Source: a virus
Lineage: Duplodnaviria > Heunggongvirae > Uroviricota > Caudoviricetes
Virus record (IMG/VR): IMGVR_UViG_2740892236_000007
DNA: 14,507 nucleotides
Reading direction: 5' to 3' (one strand)
Positions 1 through 8,720 of this stretch are shown here, one piece after another. Every line of letters begins with the position of its first letter. Positions within the stretch are counted from its first letter, which is position 1. The translations under genes and the position numbers were made by a program. A model generated the notes under the pieces. The model saw only the letters and a list, made by a program, of their open reading frames with translations, had not been told where the DNA came from and did not search any database.

Positions 1-71
1 ACCAAAGCATGACATCTCTGTTTCGCACCGAAGGTGACACTTCTGCTTTGCGTTGACAGGAGAAGCAGGCT

Positions 72-227
72 ATGAAGCAGCAAAAGGCGATGTTAATCGC
101 CCTGATCGTCATCTGTTTAACCGTCATAGTGACGGCACTGGTAACGAGGAAAGACCTCTGCGAGGTACGAATCCGAACCGGCCAGACGGAGGTCGCTGTC
201 TTCACAGCTTACGAACCTGAGGAGTAA
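72..227 (+). CDS. hokD: Hok-family type I toxin, 51 aa (HokD/RelF-like)
   Basis: ATG 72, TAA 225-227; translation MKQQKAMLIALIVICLTVIVTALVTRKDLCEVRIRTGQTEVAVFTAYEPEE, a hydrophobic helix plus charged tail. Below the ORF-track size cutoff, found by manual reading. A short upstream frame (MTSLFRTEGDTSALR, stop at 55-57) resembles a mok-type leader. Confidence 0.85.
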   Translation: MKQQKAMLIALIVICLTVIVTALVTRKDLCEVRIRTGQTEVAVFTAYEPEE

Positions 228-295
228 GAGACCCGGCGGGGGAGAAATCCCTCGCCACCTCTGATGTGGCAGGCATCCTCAACGCACCCGCACTT

Positions 296-320
296 AACCC
301 GCTTCGGCGGGTTTTTGTTT
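296..320 (+). terminator. Rho-independent terminator after hok-like gene
   Basis: Stem AACCCGC (296-302) / GCGGGTT (307-313) with TTCG loop, followed by a T-run. Confidence 0.6.
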
Positions 321-335
321 TTATTTTCAACGCGT

Positions 336-365
336 TTGAAGTTCTGGACGGTGCCGGAATAGAAT
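336..365 (+). promoter_or_regulatory. Candidate sigma70 promoter upstream of rem
   Basis: TTGAAG (336-341), 18-nt spacer, TAGAAT (360-365); pattern match only. Confidence 0.35.
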
Positions 366-443
366 CAAAAATACTTAAGTAGCGCGCAGGGATAAGAGGG
401 ATGGTCCCTTAAAGGGGAGAGCTAATTATCCGGAAGGATTCTG

Positions 444-695
444 ATGATGAACATCGAAGAACTGCGTAAAATTTTTTGTGAAGATGGCCTCTATGCTGTG
501 TGCGTTGAAAATGGAAATCTTGTTAGTCATTACCGCATTATGTGTTTGCGAAAGAATGGGGCTGCGTTAATTAATTTTGTGGATGCTCGGGTCACGGACG
601 GATTTATCTTGCGCGAAGGTGAGTTTGTCACTTCATTACAGGCATTGAAAGAGATCGGAATAAAAGCTGGCTTTTCTGCTTTTTCAGGAGAATAA
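444..695 (+). CDS. rem: Rem-like small prophage protein, 83 aa
   Basis: ORF with SD GGAAGGA 6 nt upstream; translation MMNIEELRKIFCEDGLYAVC... matches recalled Rem; synteny hok-rem-ydfU as in Qin-type prophages. Confidence 0.8.
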   Translation: MMNIEELRKIFCEDGLYAVCVENGNLVSHYRIMCLRKNGAALINFVDARVTDGFILREGEFVTSLQALKEIGIKAGFSAFSGE

Positions 696-761
696 ACTCA
701 TCTACAATCTTGCGCGGGGCTGAACTCCCGCTGAGTAACACCGTGCCACCGGAGAAAACCG

Positions 762-1040
762 ATGGCACGCAACGCAAAATATTACAATTCTGATAATTCG
801 CCCGTTCTTGCCTGCACGCACGGGCGGTATTCTCACGCATTCAAGTCTGAATGGTTCCAGCACCCTCCATGCACTGCAGAACAGGCCGAATGGCTGATTC
901 ATTCTTACCGCAGGCGCGGGTTCGAGGTTAAGAAAGCTCTCAGTCTCGACTATCGGCACTGGATAATCTCTGTCAGGCTGCCTTATTCCGAACGCCCACC
1001 ACGTGCGTCCCGCACTTTCCAGCAACGGATCTGGAGGTAA
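762..1040 (+). CDS. Hypothetical protein, 92 aa, translationally coupled to the downstream DUF968 gene
   Basis: SD GGAGAAAA before ATG 762; stop TAA 1038-1040 lies between SD GGAGG (1033-1037) and the GTG 1042 start of the next gene; family not recognised. Confidence 0.45.
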   Translation: MARNAKYYNSDNSPVLACTHGRYSHAFKSEWFQHPPCTAEQAEWLIHSYRRRGFEVKKALSLDYRHWIISVRLPYSERPPRASRTFQQRIWR

Positions 1041-1041
1041 C

Positions 1042-2091
1042 GTGCGGGTATTACTTAGACCTGTTCTGGTGCCTGAGCTTGGGCTGGTGGTCCTTAAGCC
1101 GGGCCGTGAATCCATACAGATATTTCATAATCCTCGAGTGCTGGTGGAACCGGAACCAAAAAGCATGCGTAATCTGCCATCCGGAGTCGTTCCTGCCGTT
1201 CGCCAGCCGCTGGCGGAAGACAAAACATTGCTGCCGTTTTTTAGTAACGAACGGGTGATTCGTGCTGCTGGCGGCGTTGGCGCATTGTCCGACTGGCTAT
1301 TACGTCATGTTACATCCTGCCAGTGGCCTAATGGCGATTACCATCACACTGAAACAGTCATTCACCGTTATGGTACCGGCGCAATGGTGTTGTGCTGGCA
1401 CTGCGACAACCAACTGCGTGACCAGACATCGGAATCACTGGAGCTGCTTGCTCAACAAAATCTGACAGCATGGGTGATTGACGTCATCCGTCACGCAATA
1501 AGCGGTACGCAGGAGCGGGAATTATCTTTGGCTGAATTATCCTGGTGGGCGGTCTGCAATCAGGTGGTGGATGCACTACCTGAGGCTGTATCGCGTCGTT
1601 CGCTGGGATTACCAGCGGAAAAAATCTGCTCGGTGTACCGCGAAAGCGACATCGTACCGGGAGAGCAGACCGCCACCAGCATATTGAAACAACGCACAAA
1701 AAATCTTGCACCGTTGCCTTACGCCCACCAGCAACAAAAATCACCACAGGAAAAGACGGTGGTAAGCATCACCGTTGATCCAGAGTCTCCGGAATCTTTC
1801 ATGAAGCTGCCTAAACGTCGCCGCTGGGTTAAGGAGAAATACACACGTTGGGTTAAGACACAGCCGTGTGCTTGCTGCGGTATGCCAGCCGACGATCCGC
1901 ATCATCTGATTGGTCACGGGCAGGGCGGAATGGGAACAAAAGCACATGATCTCTTTGTGTTGCCTTTGTGCAGAAAGCATCACAACGAGCTGCATACGGA
2001 TACAGTGGCATTTGAAGATAAGTATGGCTCCCAACTGGAGCTGATATTTCGTTTTATCGATCGCGAGCTGGCAATTGGCGTACTGGCGTAA
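1042..2091 (+). CDS. ydfU: DUF968-family protein with HNH-like Cys/His motif (YdfU-like), 349 aa from GTG
   Basis: Long ORF (track 1003..2091); preferred start GTG 1042 with SD GGAGG; C-terminal CACCG...HH...C..HHNELH motif; position between rem and Q. Confidence 0.8.
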   Translation: MRVLLRPVLVPELGLVVLKPGRESIQIFHNPRVLVEPEPKSMRNLPSGVVPAVRQPLAEDKTLLPFFSNERVIRAAGGVGALSDWLLRHVTSCQWPNGDYHHTETVIHRYGTGAMVLCWHCDNQLRDQTSESLELLAQQNLTAWVIDVIRHAISGTQERELSLAELSWWAVCNQVVDALPEAVSRRSLGLPAEKICSVYRESDIVPGEQTATSILKQRTKNLAPLPYAHQQQKSPQEKTVVSITVDPESPESFMKLPKRRRWVKEKYTRWVKTQPCACCGMPADDPHHLIGHGQGGMGTKAHDLFVLPLCRKHHNELHTDTVAFEDKYGSQLELIFRFIDRELAIGVLA

Positions 2092-2104
2092 GTGGAGAAC
2101 GAGC

Positions 2105-2857
2105 ATGAACCTTGAAGCCTTACCAAAATATTACTCCCCAAAATCTCCAAAATTGAGCGATGACGCTCCAGCGACAGGCACCGGTTGTTTAACAATTACG
2201 GATGTAATGGCAGCGCAGGGGATGGTGCAGTCGAAAGCACCACTTGGGTTGGCCTTATTTCTGGCAAAAGTTGGTGTTCAGGACCCTCAGTTTGCGATTG
2301 AAGGCCTGCTAAATTACGCGATGGCACTGGATAACCCGACATTGAACAAATTGAGTGAAGAAATCCGGTTACAGATTATTCCTTACCTCGTGAGTTTTGC
2401 CTTTGCTGATTACTCCAGGTCTGCGGCAAGTAAGGCTCGCTGTGAGCATTGTTCAGGTACGGGATTTTATAATGTATTGCGCGAAGTGGTGAAACACTAC
2501 AGACGCGGGGAATCTGTAATCAAGGAAGAATGGGTGAAGGAACTATGTCAGCATTGCCATGGTAAGGGCGAAGCCAGCACAGCGTGCAGAGGGTGTAAGG
2601 GTAAAGGGATTGTTCTGGATGAAAAAAGAACCCGGTTTCATGGCGTACCGGTATATAAGATTTGTGGGCGTTGTAATGGAAACCGGTTTAGTCGTTTACC
2701 GACCACGCTGGCACGACGTCATGTCCAGAAGCTGGTACCAGACCTGACCGATTATCAGTGGTATAAGGGGTATGCGGACGTCATTGGTAAACTGGTAACA
2801 AAGTGCTGGCAGGAAGAAGCATACGCGGAAGCGCAATTGAGGAAGGTGACGAGATAA
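2105..2857 (+). CDS. quuQ: Late-gene antitermination protein Q, 250 aa
   Basis: Repeated CxxC..G zinc-finger-like motifs (CEHCSGTG, CQHCHGKG, CRGCKGKG, CGRCNGNR); SD GGAGA before ATG 2105 (track start 2075 is an in-frame upstream ATG overlapping ydfU); followed by promoter/terminator module. Confidence 0.8.
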   Translation: MNLEALPKYYSPKSPKLSDDAPATGTGCLTITDVMAAQGMVQSKAPLGLALFLAKVGVQDPQFAIEGLLNYAMALDNPTLNKLSEEIRLQIIPYLVSFAFADYSRSAASKARCEHCSGTGFYNVLREVVKHYRRGESVIKEEWVKELCQHCHGKGEASTACRGCKGKGIVLDEKRTRFHGVPVYKICGRCNGNRFSRLPTTLARRHVQKLVPDLTDYQWYKGYADVIGKLVTKCWQEEAYAEAQLRKVTR

Positions 2858-2888
2858 ATGATTTTTGCTGAAGATGGCGACATGATGT

Positions 2889-2917
2889 TTGCATTTTTCA
2901 AAAAATATGGATAAAAT
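2889..2917 (+). promoter_or_regulatory. Candidate late promoter (PR'-like) downstream of Q
   Basis: TTGCAT (2889-2894), 17-nt spacer, TAAAAT (2912-2917), about 30 bp after the Q stop; predicted start near 2924. Confidence 0.45.
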
Positions 2918-2962
2918 TTTTTCAACGATGGGCTTTGTATACCCGACGTTAAGAAAAAGTAG

Positions 2963-2990
2963 AAAACCCGCTGATGAGCGGGTTTTGTGC
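2963..2990. terminator. Bidirectional intrinsic terminator (tR'-like on +, cspF terminator on -)
   Basis: AAAACCCGC / GCGGGTTTT stem with TGATGA loop; A-run upstream and T-run downstream so it can act on both strands. Confidence 0.6.
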
Positions 2991-3278
2991 TTTAAATGGG
3001 GCAATGGTAATGTTGAATCTCATCCCGGGACTCATGTCTGTTAACTTATTATTTAGCTGGTGACTTGGTTATTTGCCTGATGTTTAAAATGTTTTCTTCC
3101 AGTACAATGTCCCTAAACACAATGAGTCTGCTTATTATATTATTAGCAGAGCTATTACGGCCAAAGTACAGCATAAGCTTTTAAAGCCAATCAACCAGTC
3201 ATCAAGACAGACGGGGTTATTCATAAAAACTCTCCATGTGTGATCCGATGGGGCCTGAAATTAAAGCTTTAATATAGC

Positions 3279-3491
3279 TCATGAAAGGTAAACATTGGCA
3301 GCTGAAGGGCCACGCAGACCATTTATCCGGCAAAATTCCACGCGTAATCCGGTGGTAATTTCTTCTGCATCGCGGAGATTGAGCGCTGAAACATGAAGCT
3401 GGACATCGATACGACCATCGGATGGGGTGATAAGACCCTTGCCGCTTTTGCCGTCAAAGGTTTTGACAATTCCTGTCATTTTACGGGACAA
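3279..3491 (-). CDS. cspF: CspA-family cold-shock domain protein, 70 aa (CspF/CspH type)
   Basis: Translation [27 protein letters not shown]...[10 protein letters not shown]; divergent from cspB. Confidence 0.85.
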
Positions 3492-3595
3492 AAAAATTCC
3501 TTAATACTGATAACTTGGCGCACTATACACACGTTCCTGAAGAAAGCTATAGTTTTTTGATGGGGTTGAAGATGGCTGGATGTCTAAAATAAACA

Positions 3596-3624
3596 TTGCT
3601 TCATATGTTCAACTATGCGTTAAT
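3596..3624 (+). promoter_or_regulatory. Candidate cspB promoter (cspA-like)
   Basis: TTGCTT (3596-3601), 17-nt spacer, GTTAAT (3619-3624); predicts a ~160-nt 5' UTR; GCCGAAAGGC upstream-box-like element at ~3761-3770. Confidence 0.45.
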
Positions 3625-3791
3625 GATTGCGTCGGTTTGAAGAACAGACGATATACGAAGTAGTTTACTAAAGCAGTTCTCATTTCAGGTGTTATTCACT
3701 TATTCCTTCTTTGAGTCTCTCCAATTAAGTACGAAGTCGTTTCTGTTATGCAAACCATTTATGCCGAAAGGCTCAAGTTAAGGAATGTAGA

Positions 3792-4007
3792 ATGTCAAAT
3801 AAAATGACTGGTTTAGTAAAATGGTTTAACGCTGATAAAGGTTTCGGCTTTATTTCTCCTGTTGATGGTAGTAAAGATGTGTTTGTGCATTTTTCTGCGA
3901 TTCAGAATGATAATTATCGAACCTTATTTGAAGGTCAAAAGGTTACCTTCTCTATAGAGAGTGGTGCTAAAGGTCCTGCAGCAGCAAATGTCATCATTAC
4001 TGATTAA
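3792..4007 (+). CDS. cspB: Cold-shock protein CspB, 71 aa
   Basis: Translation [71 protein letters not shown] with RNP motifs. Confidence 0.95.
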   Translation: MSNKMTGLVKWFNADKGFGFISPVDGSKDVFVHFSAIQNDNYRTLFEGQKVTFSIESGAKGPAAANVIITD

Positions 4008-4288
4008 AATTCATCGCTCGTCTGTATACGATAACGAAGAAGGCTGATGCCTGAGTAGAGATACGGACAGAGTAGTGAATATTGGATCTCTTTAATAAAA
4101 AGTAAGGAGGTCCAATACATGAAACAATGGCTAGCATATTTGGCAAAATCTTAATCAGGAAAAGTATGCTAACCATTGTGGTGAAGTGCAGGTTTGCTGC
4201 ATGAATAGTTTTACAGCAGAAGCTAACTGCTGGCATGGCAAAACAAAGTGCGTAAGTGGATGACTCCCACAAAAAGCACCACAATCTC

Positions 4289-4311
4289 AAACCCGCTCAG
4301 GCGGGTTTTTT
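4289..4311 (+). terminator. Rho-independent terminator ending the cspB transcription unit
   Basis: AAACCCGC / GCGGGTTT stem, TCAG loop, T-run. Confidence 0.6.
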
Positions 4312-4370
4312 ATTATCTGCTTTAAATATATTATTAAAATATAAAAAATACTTGTTACTAATAAAATCAA

Positions 4371-4541
4371 TCAGGCTACAGCTTTAAGATTTGTCTGGAA
4401 TACTTTGTTGCAATGAGGGCAGATCAAAAGGGCACCTTTTTGTACTCTTGAAAAACTGTGTTCTGACTCTTGGGTGCAGTTTGGGCAGGAACATTTAACG
4501 AGATAATTACGGCGTGATTTTGAGTTTTTACGTTCTGACAT
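4371..4541 (-). CDS. Small zinc-ribbon-like protein, 56 aa (two CxxC pairs)
   Basis: Preferred internal ATG 4541 with AGGAAAAG SD; MSERKNSKSRRNYLVKCSCPNCTQESEHSFSRVQKGALLICPHCNKVFQTNLKAVA; track ORF 4371..4592. Confidence 0.5.
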   Translation of the reverse strand: MSERKNSKSRRNYLVKCSCPNCTQESEHSFSRVQKGALLICPHCNKVFQTNLKAVA

Positions 4542-4760
4542 AGGCTTTTCCTGTATAAATGGCCGTATACAGTACACTAAATATGAAAACATTTCTCGTA
4601 TTATTATTTTATATATGACTTTCTTTCAAAATAATTACCCACATTTTTAATGTGTATGTTTTTTTAGCGCCGTTGAGAACAACGTGTGCTGTCAAAACTA
4701 CCCCGTAGACTCCGATCTTTTCAAACATATTGCACCATCCGTGTACATCGGGGTGAGGAT

Positions 4761-4976
4761 ATGAAATCAATGGATAAGTTAACAACAGGTGTTGCCTATG
4801 GCACATCGGCGGGTAATGCTGGTTTCTGGGCATTGCAGTTACTCGATAAAGTAACTCCGTCACAGTGGGCTGCAATCGGTGTGCTGGGTAGCCTGGTTTT
4901 TGGCCTGCTGACGTATCTGACAAATCTTTATTTCAAGATTAAAGAAGACAGGCGTAAGGCTGCGAGAGGAGAGTAA
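4761..4976 (+). CDS. essQ: Class II holin (S21-type pinholin), 71 aa, dual-start motif
   Basis: SD GAGGAT before ATG 4761; MKSMDK dual start; two hydrophobic segments and charged C-tail; closely resembles recalled phage 21 S. Track start 4686 is an upstream in-frame ATG. Confidence 0.85.
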   Translation: MKSMDKLTTGVAYGTSAGNAGFWALQLLDKVTPSQWAAIGVLGSLVFGLLTYLTNLYFKIKEDRRKAARGE

Positions 4977-4980
4977 TCCA

Positions 4981-5288
4981 ATGACTCAAGACTATGAACT
5001 GGTTGTGAAAGGAGTCCGTAATTTTGAGAATAAAGTTACGGTAACTGTAGCCTTACAGGACAAAGAACGCTTTGACGGTGAAATTTTTGACCTGGATGTC
5101 GCCATGGACCGTGTTGAAGGAGCTGCGCTGGAGTTTTATGAGGCAGCAGCCAGAAGGAGCGTCCGGCAAGTCTTCCTGGAAGTAGCAGAAAAATTGTCAG
5201 AAAAAGTTGAGTCTTATCTGCAGCATCAGTACTCCTTTAAGATTGAAAATCCTGCCAATAAGCACGAGCGTCCTCATCATAAATATCT

Positions 5289-5292
<4 letters not shown>
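4981..5292 (+). CDS. ydfR: DUF1327-like protein inserted between holin and endolysin, 103 aa
   Basis: ORF with SD; stop overlaps endolysin start (ATGA at 5289-5292); synteny with Qin ydfR. Confidence 0.8.
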
Positions 5293-6316
<1,024 letters not shown>

Positions 6317-6498
6317 GGTAATATTAAATCGGAACATTTACATCGCGGAATGTAAAATTTAAATAAAAAGGACTCTTCCATGAGCCAAAATTCCTGAAAT
6401 CTTAAGGGTAAGATAAAAGGTCTTAATCAGAATGACACGTTTTATTAATAAATAAAGCCATTCTTTCATTGCTGTGTTTTTCTTTACAAAAGTAATCC

Positions 6499-6527
6499 TT
6501 GCTATGGGTGGTTAATCATGCGTTAAT
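6499..6527 (+). promoter_or_regulatory. Candidate cspI promoter (same architecture as cspB)
   Basis: TTGCTA (6499-6504), 17-nt spacer, GTTAAT (6522-6527); predicts a ~145-nt 5' UTR. Confidence 0.4.
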
Positions 6528-6678
6528 GGTGTTCTGGTTTGTTACAAATTTATCTGAAGCAGTCATTGTTATAATTTTATTATTTGTACCTCTTGAGATT
6601 TCCTTGTTGGTTTTTCTCTCTGATATTTTTTTTCGGACCATTCTGCCCAAGGGCTAATTTCTTCAAAAGGTAATAATT

Positions 6679-6891
6679 ATGTCTAACAAAATGACTGGTT
6701 TAGTGAAATGGTTTAACCCTGAAAAAGGTTTTGGTTTCATCACGCCGAAAGATGGCAGCAAAGATGTGTTTGTCCATTTCTCAGCAATTCAGAGCAACGA
6801 TTTCAAAACATTAACTGAGAATCAGGAAGTTGAATTTGGTATTGAGAACGGACCTAAAGGTCCTGCCGCTGTTCATGTAGTGGCGCTTTGA
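6679..6891 (+). CDS. cspI: Cold-shock protein CspI, 70 aa
   Basis: Translation [70 protein letters not shown]. Confidence 0.95.
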   Translation: MSNKMTGLVKWFNPEKGFGFITPKDGSKDVFVHFSAIQSNDFKTLTENQEVEFGIENGPKGPAAVHVVAL

Positions 6892-7095
6892 GGTAGACAA
6901 TATTACAAACCATATTCACTTTAGATGCCCGTGTTGTCATGGTTCCCAGTATAGAACATCATCTTTTGATGTTTCTGACATGAATCCTTTCGGGGCAAAA
7001 TGTATCTTTTGTAAATCAATGATGATTACATTTGATAATATTTCACAATACTTAAATGCCAGCCGTCTGTCGTTGGATTTAAAAAAGTGAAAATG

Positions 7096-7118
7096 AAGGC
7101 TCCTTCGGGAGCTTTTTT
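7096..7118 (+). terminator. Rho-independent terminator downstream of cspI
   Basis: AAGGCTCC / GGAGCTTT stem with TTCG tetraloop and T-run. Confidence 0.6.
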
Positions 7119-7237
7119 GCTTGGTGTCTATTCGATGGATACTCACATACTACGGTAACATCATGAAAAAAATCATAGTTTTTTTTAACTCTGAACCAGC
7201 AGTGGTAGTGCCAGCGATGACTGGAGTTAACACCATC

Positions 7238-7393
7238 ATGCGTGAATATCCAAATGGCGAAAAAACACACCTTACTGTAATGGCCGCAGGGTTTCCATCT
7301 CTGACCGGAGATCATAAAGTCATTTATGTAGCCGCGGATCGACATGTTACTTCAGAAGAAATTCTGGAAGCAGCAATAAGGCTCTTGAGTTGA
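7238..7393 (+). CDS. ynfN: YnfN-like small protein, 51 aa
   Basis: MREYPNGEKTHLTVMAAGFPSLTGDHKVIYVAADRHVTSEEILEAAIRLLS; in-frame upstream ATGs at 7217 and 7163 are alternative starts. Confidence 0.65.
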   Translation: MREYPNGEKTHLTVMAAGFPSLTGDHKVIYVAADRHVTSEEILEAAIRLLS

Positions 7394-7564
7394 TTTGATG
7401 CTATTGCATTGATAATTCAGGAAAATTCTCTTTGTCTGTTTGTGTAAAATTTAGACTATCGTATGTTGATTATTGCGATGTTTCATCTTATCTTTTACAC
7501 GTTTGCACCATATAATCGACTTACTGTGTAACTGGAAAGTCATAACAGACTAAAAGAGGAAATG

Positions 7565-7738
7565 ATGAATATTGAAAACTTAAAAACAAAAGCAGAAGCA
7601 GATATTTCTGAATATATAACAAAAAAAATTATTGAACTTAAGAAAAAGACCGGGAAAGAAGTTACCAGTATTCAGTTTACCGCACGGGAAAAAATGACGG
7701 GTCTTGAAAGCTATGATGTCAAGATTAATTTAATCTGA
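7565..7738 (+). CDS. gnsB: GnsB-like small protein, 57 aa
   Basis: MNIENLKTKAEADISEYITKKIIELKKKTGKEVTSIQFTAREKMTGLESYDVKINLI; found manually (below track cutoff); an extra in-frame ATG sits at 7562. Confidence 0.8.
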   Translation: MNIENLKTKAEADISEYITKKIIELKKKTGKEVTSIQFTAREKMTGLESYDVKINLI

Positions 7739-7764
7739 TGTATTCAATAATAAAATTTATCCAT

Positions 7765-7790
7765 AAACCTCGTTTTTACGGGGTTTTGTT
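7765..7790 (+). terminator. Putative terminator after gnsB
   Basis: AAACCTCG / CGGGGTTT stem (one G-U pair) followed by TTGTT. Confidence 0.45.
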
Positions 7791-7889
7791 ATATTTGAAT
7801 GGTTCCGAATATCTAAATCACAATTGTTGATGGTTTTTATTAAACCAATGCAGTCCGGCTCAGGAGTGAGAGAAGCCGGACGTTATGGT

Positions 7890-8300
7890 TTAGCGTGGTA
7901 AGATCTGTGTAGTTTTCTGGATGCTTTCAGTAAATAGTAATGAATTATCAAAGGTATAGTAATATCTTTTTTGTTCGTGGATATTTGTAACCCACCGAAA
8001 AACTCCTGCTTTAGCAAGGTTTCTTCTGTATTCCTGAAATGTGATCTCTCTGGATTTCAGCTTATTAGAGGTCGTTTCTATAAGATGCCTATCCTTTGAA
8101 AATTTGACAGACACAATGTTTTTTAGGCCCTTTAATAACACTGTATTATCATTTTTTAATACAATATGAACATTCTCTGTGGCTAAATAGTAAATGTAAT
8201 GTGAGACATTGTGACGTTTTAGCTCAGAATAAAACCATTGATAGTTTAAATCGTTTCGAACTTTATCAAATATTTGTTTAAAAATGACTACCTGATCCAT
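7890..8300 (-). CDS. ydfO: DUF1398-family protein (YdfO/YbcV-like), 136 aa
   Basis: Preferred start is the second ATG (8300) preceded by GGAAGG; track ORF 7890..8315. Confidence 0.8.
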
Positions 8301-8357
8301 AGATAAACCTTCCATGTGATATGAGGGGGCGTAGTCTGCACGATTATCTAAATTGCT

Positions 8358-8591
8358 TCAATCTGGTCTGACCTGTTTTCTGAGCAATTCAGTAATGTCA
8401 CTCTTTTCTTTGTTTGCTTCAGAAGAAACTCTTTTTTCTGAGCACAGTCTCCGGCGGCAGGCTTCAATGACCCAGGCTGAGAAATTCCCGGACCCTTTTT
8501 GCTCAAGAGCGATGTTAATTTGTTCAATCATTTGGTTAGGAAAGCGGATGTTGCGGGTTGTTGTTCTGCGGGTTCTGTTCTTCGTTGACAT
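8358..8591 (-). CDS. ynfO: Small basic protein with RHH-like N-terminus, 77 aa (YnfO-like)
   Basis: MSTKNRTRRTTTRNIRFPNQMIEQINIALEQ... resembles Arc/CopG strand-helix; name from recalled Qin synteny only. Confidence 0.6.
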   Translation of the reverse strand: MSTKNRTRRTTTRNIRFPNQMIEQINIALEQKGSGNFSAWVIEACRRRLCSEKRVSSEANKEKSDITELLRKQVRPD

Positions 8592-8720
8592 GAGGTTGCC
8601 CCGTATTCAGTGTCGCTGATTTGTATTGTCTGAAGTTGTTTTTACGTTAAGTTGATGCAGATCAATTAATACGATACCTGCGTCATAATTGATTATTTGA
8701 CGTGGTTTGATGGCCTCCAC

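Noticed and set aside
628-1115. Minus-strand ORFs 628..840 and 702..1115
   Set aside because: Antisense to rem, the 92-aa ORF and the ydfU start; no SD, and a better-supported plus-strand gene explains the open frame.
1262-2195. ORFs 1262..1465 (+), 1484..1747 (-), 1741..2106 (-), 1980..2195 (-)
   Set aside because: All lie inside or antisense to the ydfU/Q coding frames; typical shadow ORFs.
2559-3004. ORFs 2559..2747 (+) and 2696..3004 (-)
   Set aside because: The first is an alternative frame inside Q; the second is antisense to the Q 3' end and the promoter/terminator module; no start signals.
3997-4290. Minus-strand ORF 3997..4290 (97 aa)
   Set aside because: Low-complexity hydrophobic translation antisense to the cspB 3' region; no SD; spans the plus-strand mini-ORFs.
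4609-4923. Minus-strand ORF 4609..4923
   Set aside because: Antisense to the holin gene.
6937-7345. Minus-strand ORFs 6937..7146 and 7079..7345
   Set aside because: They overlap the cspI terminator and are antisense to ynfN; the translations have no recognisable features.
7853-7879. Inverted repeat TCCGGCT...AGCCGGA just downstream of ydfO
   Set aside because: A stem is present but there is no adjacent T-run on either strand, so terminator function is not supported.
8353-8619. Plus-strand ORF 8353..8619
   Set aside because: Antisense to the RHH-like gene; serine/leucine-rich translation with no SD.
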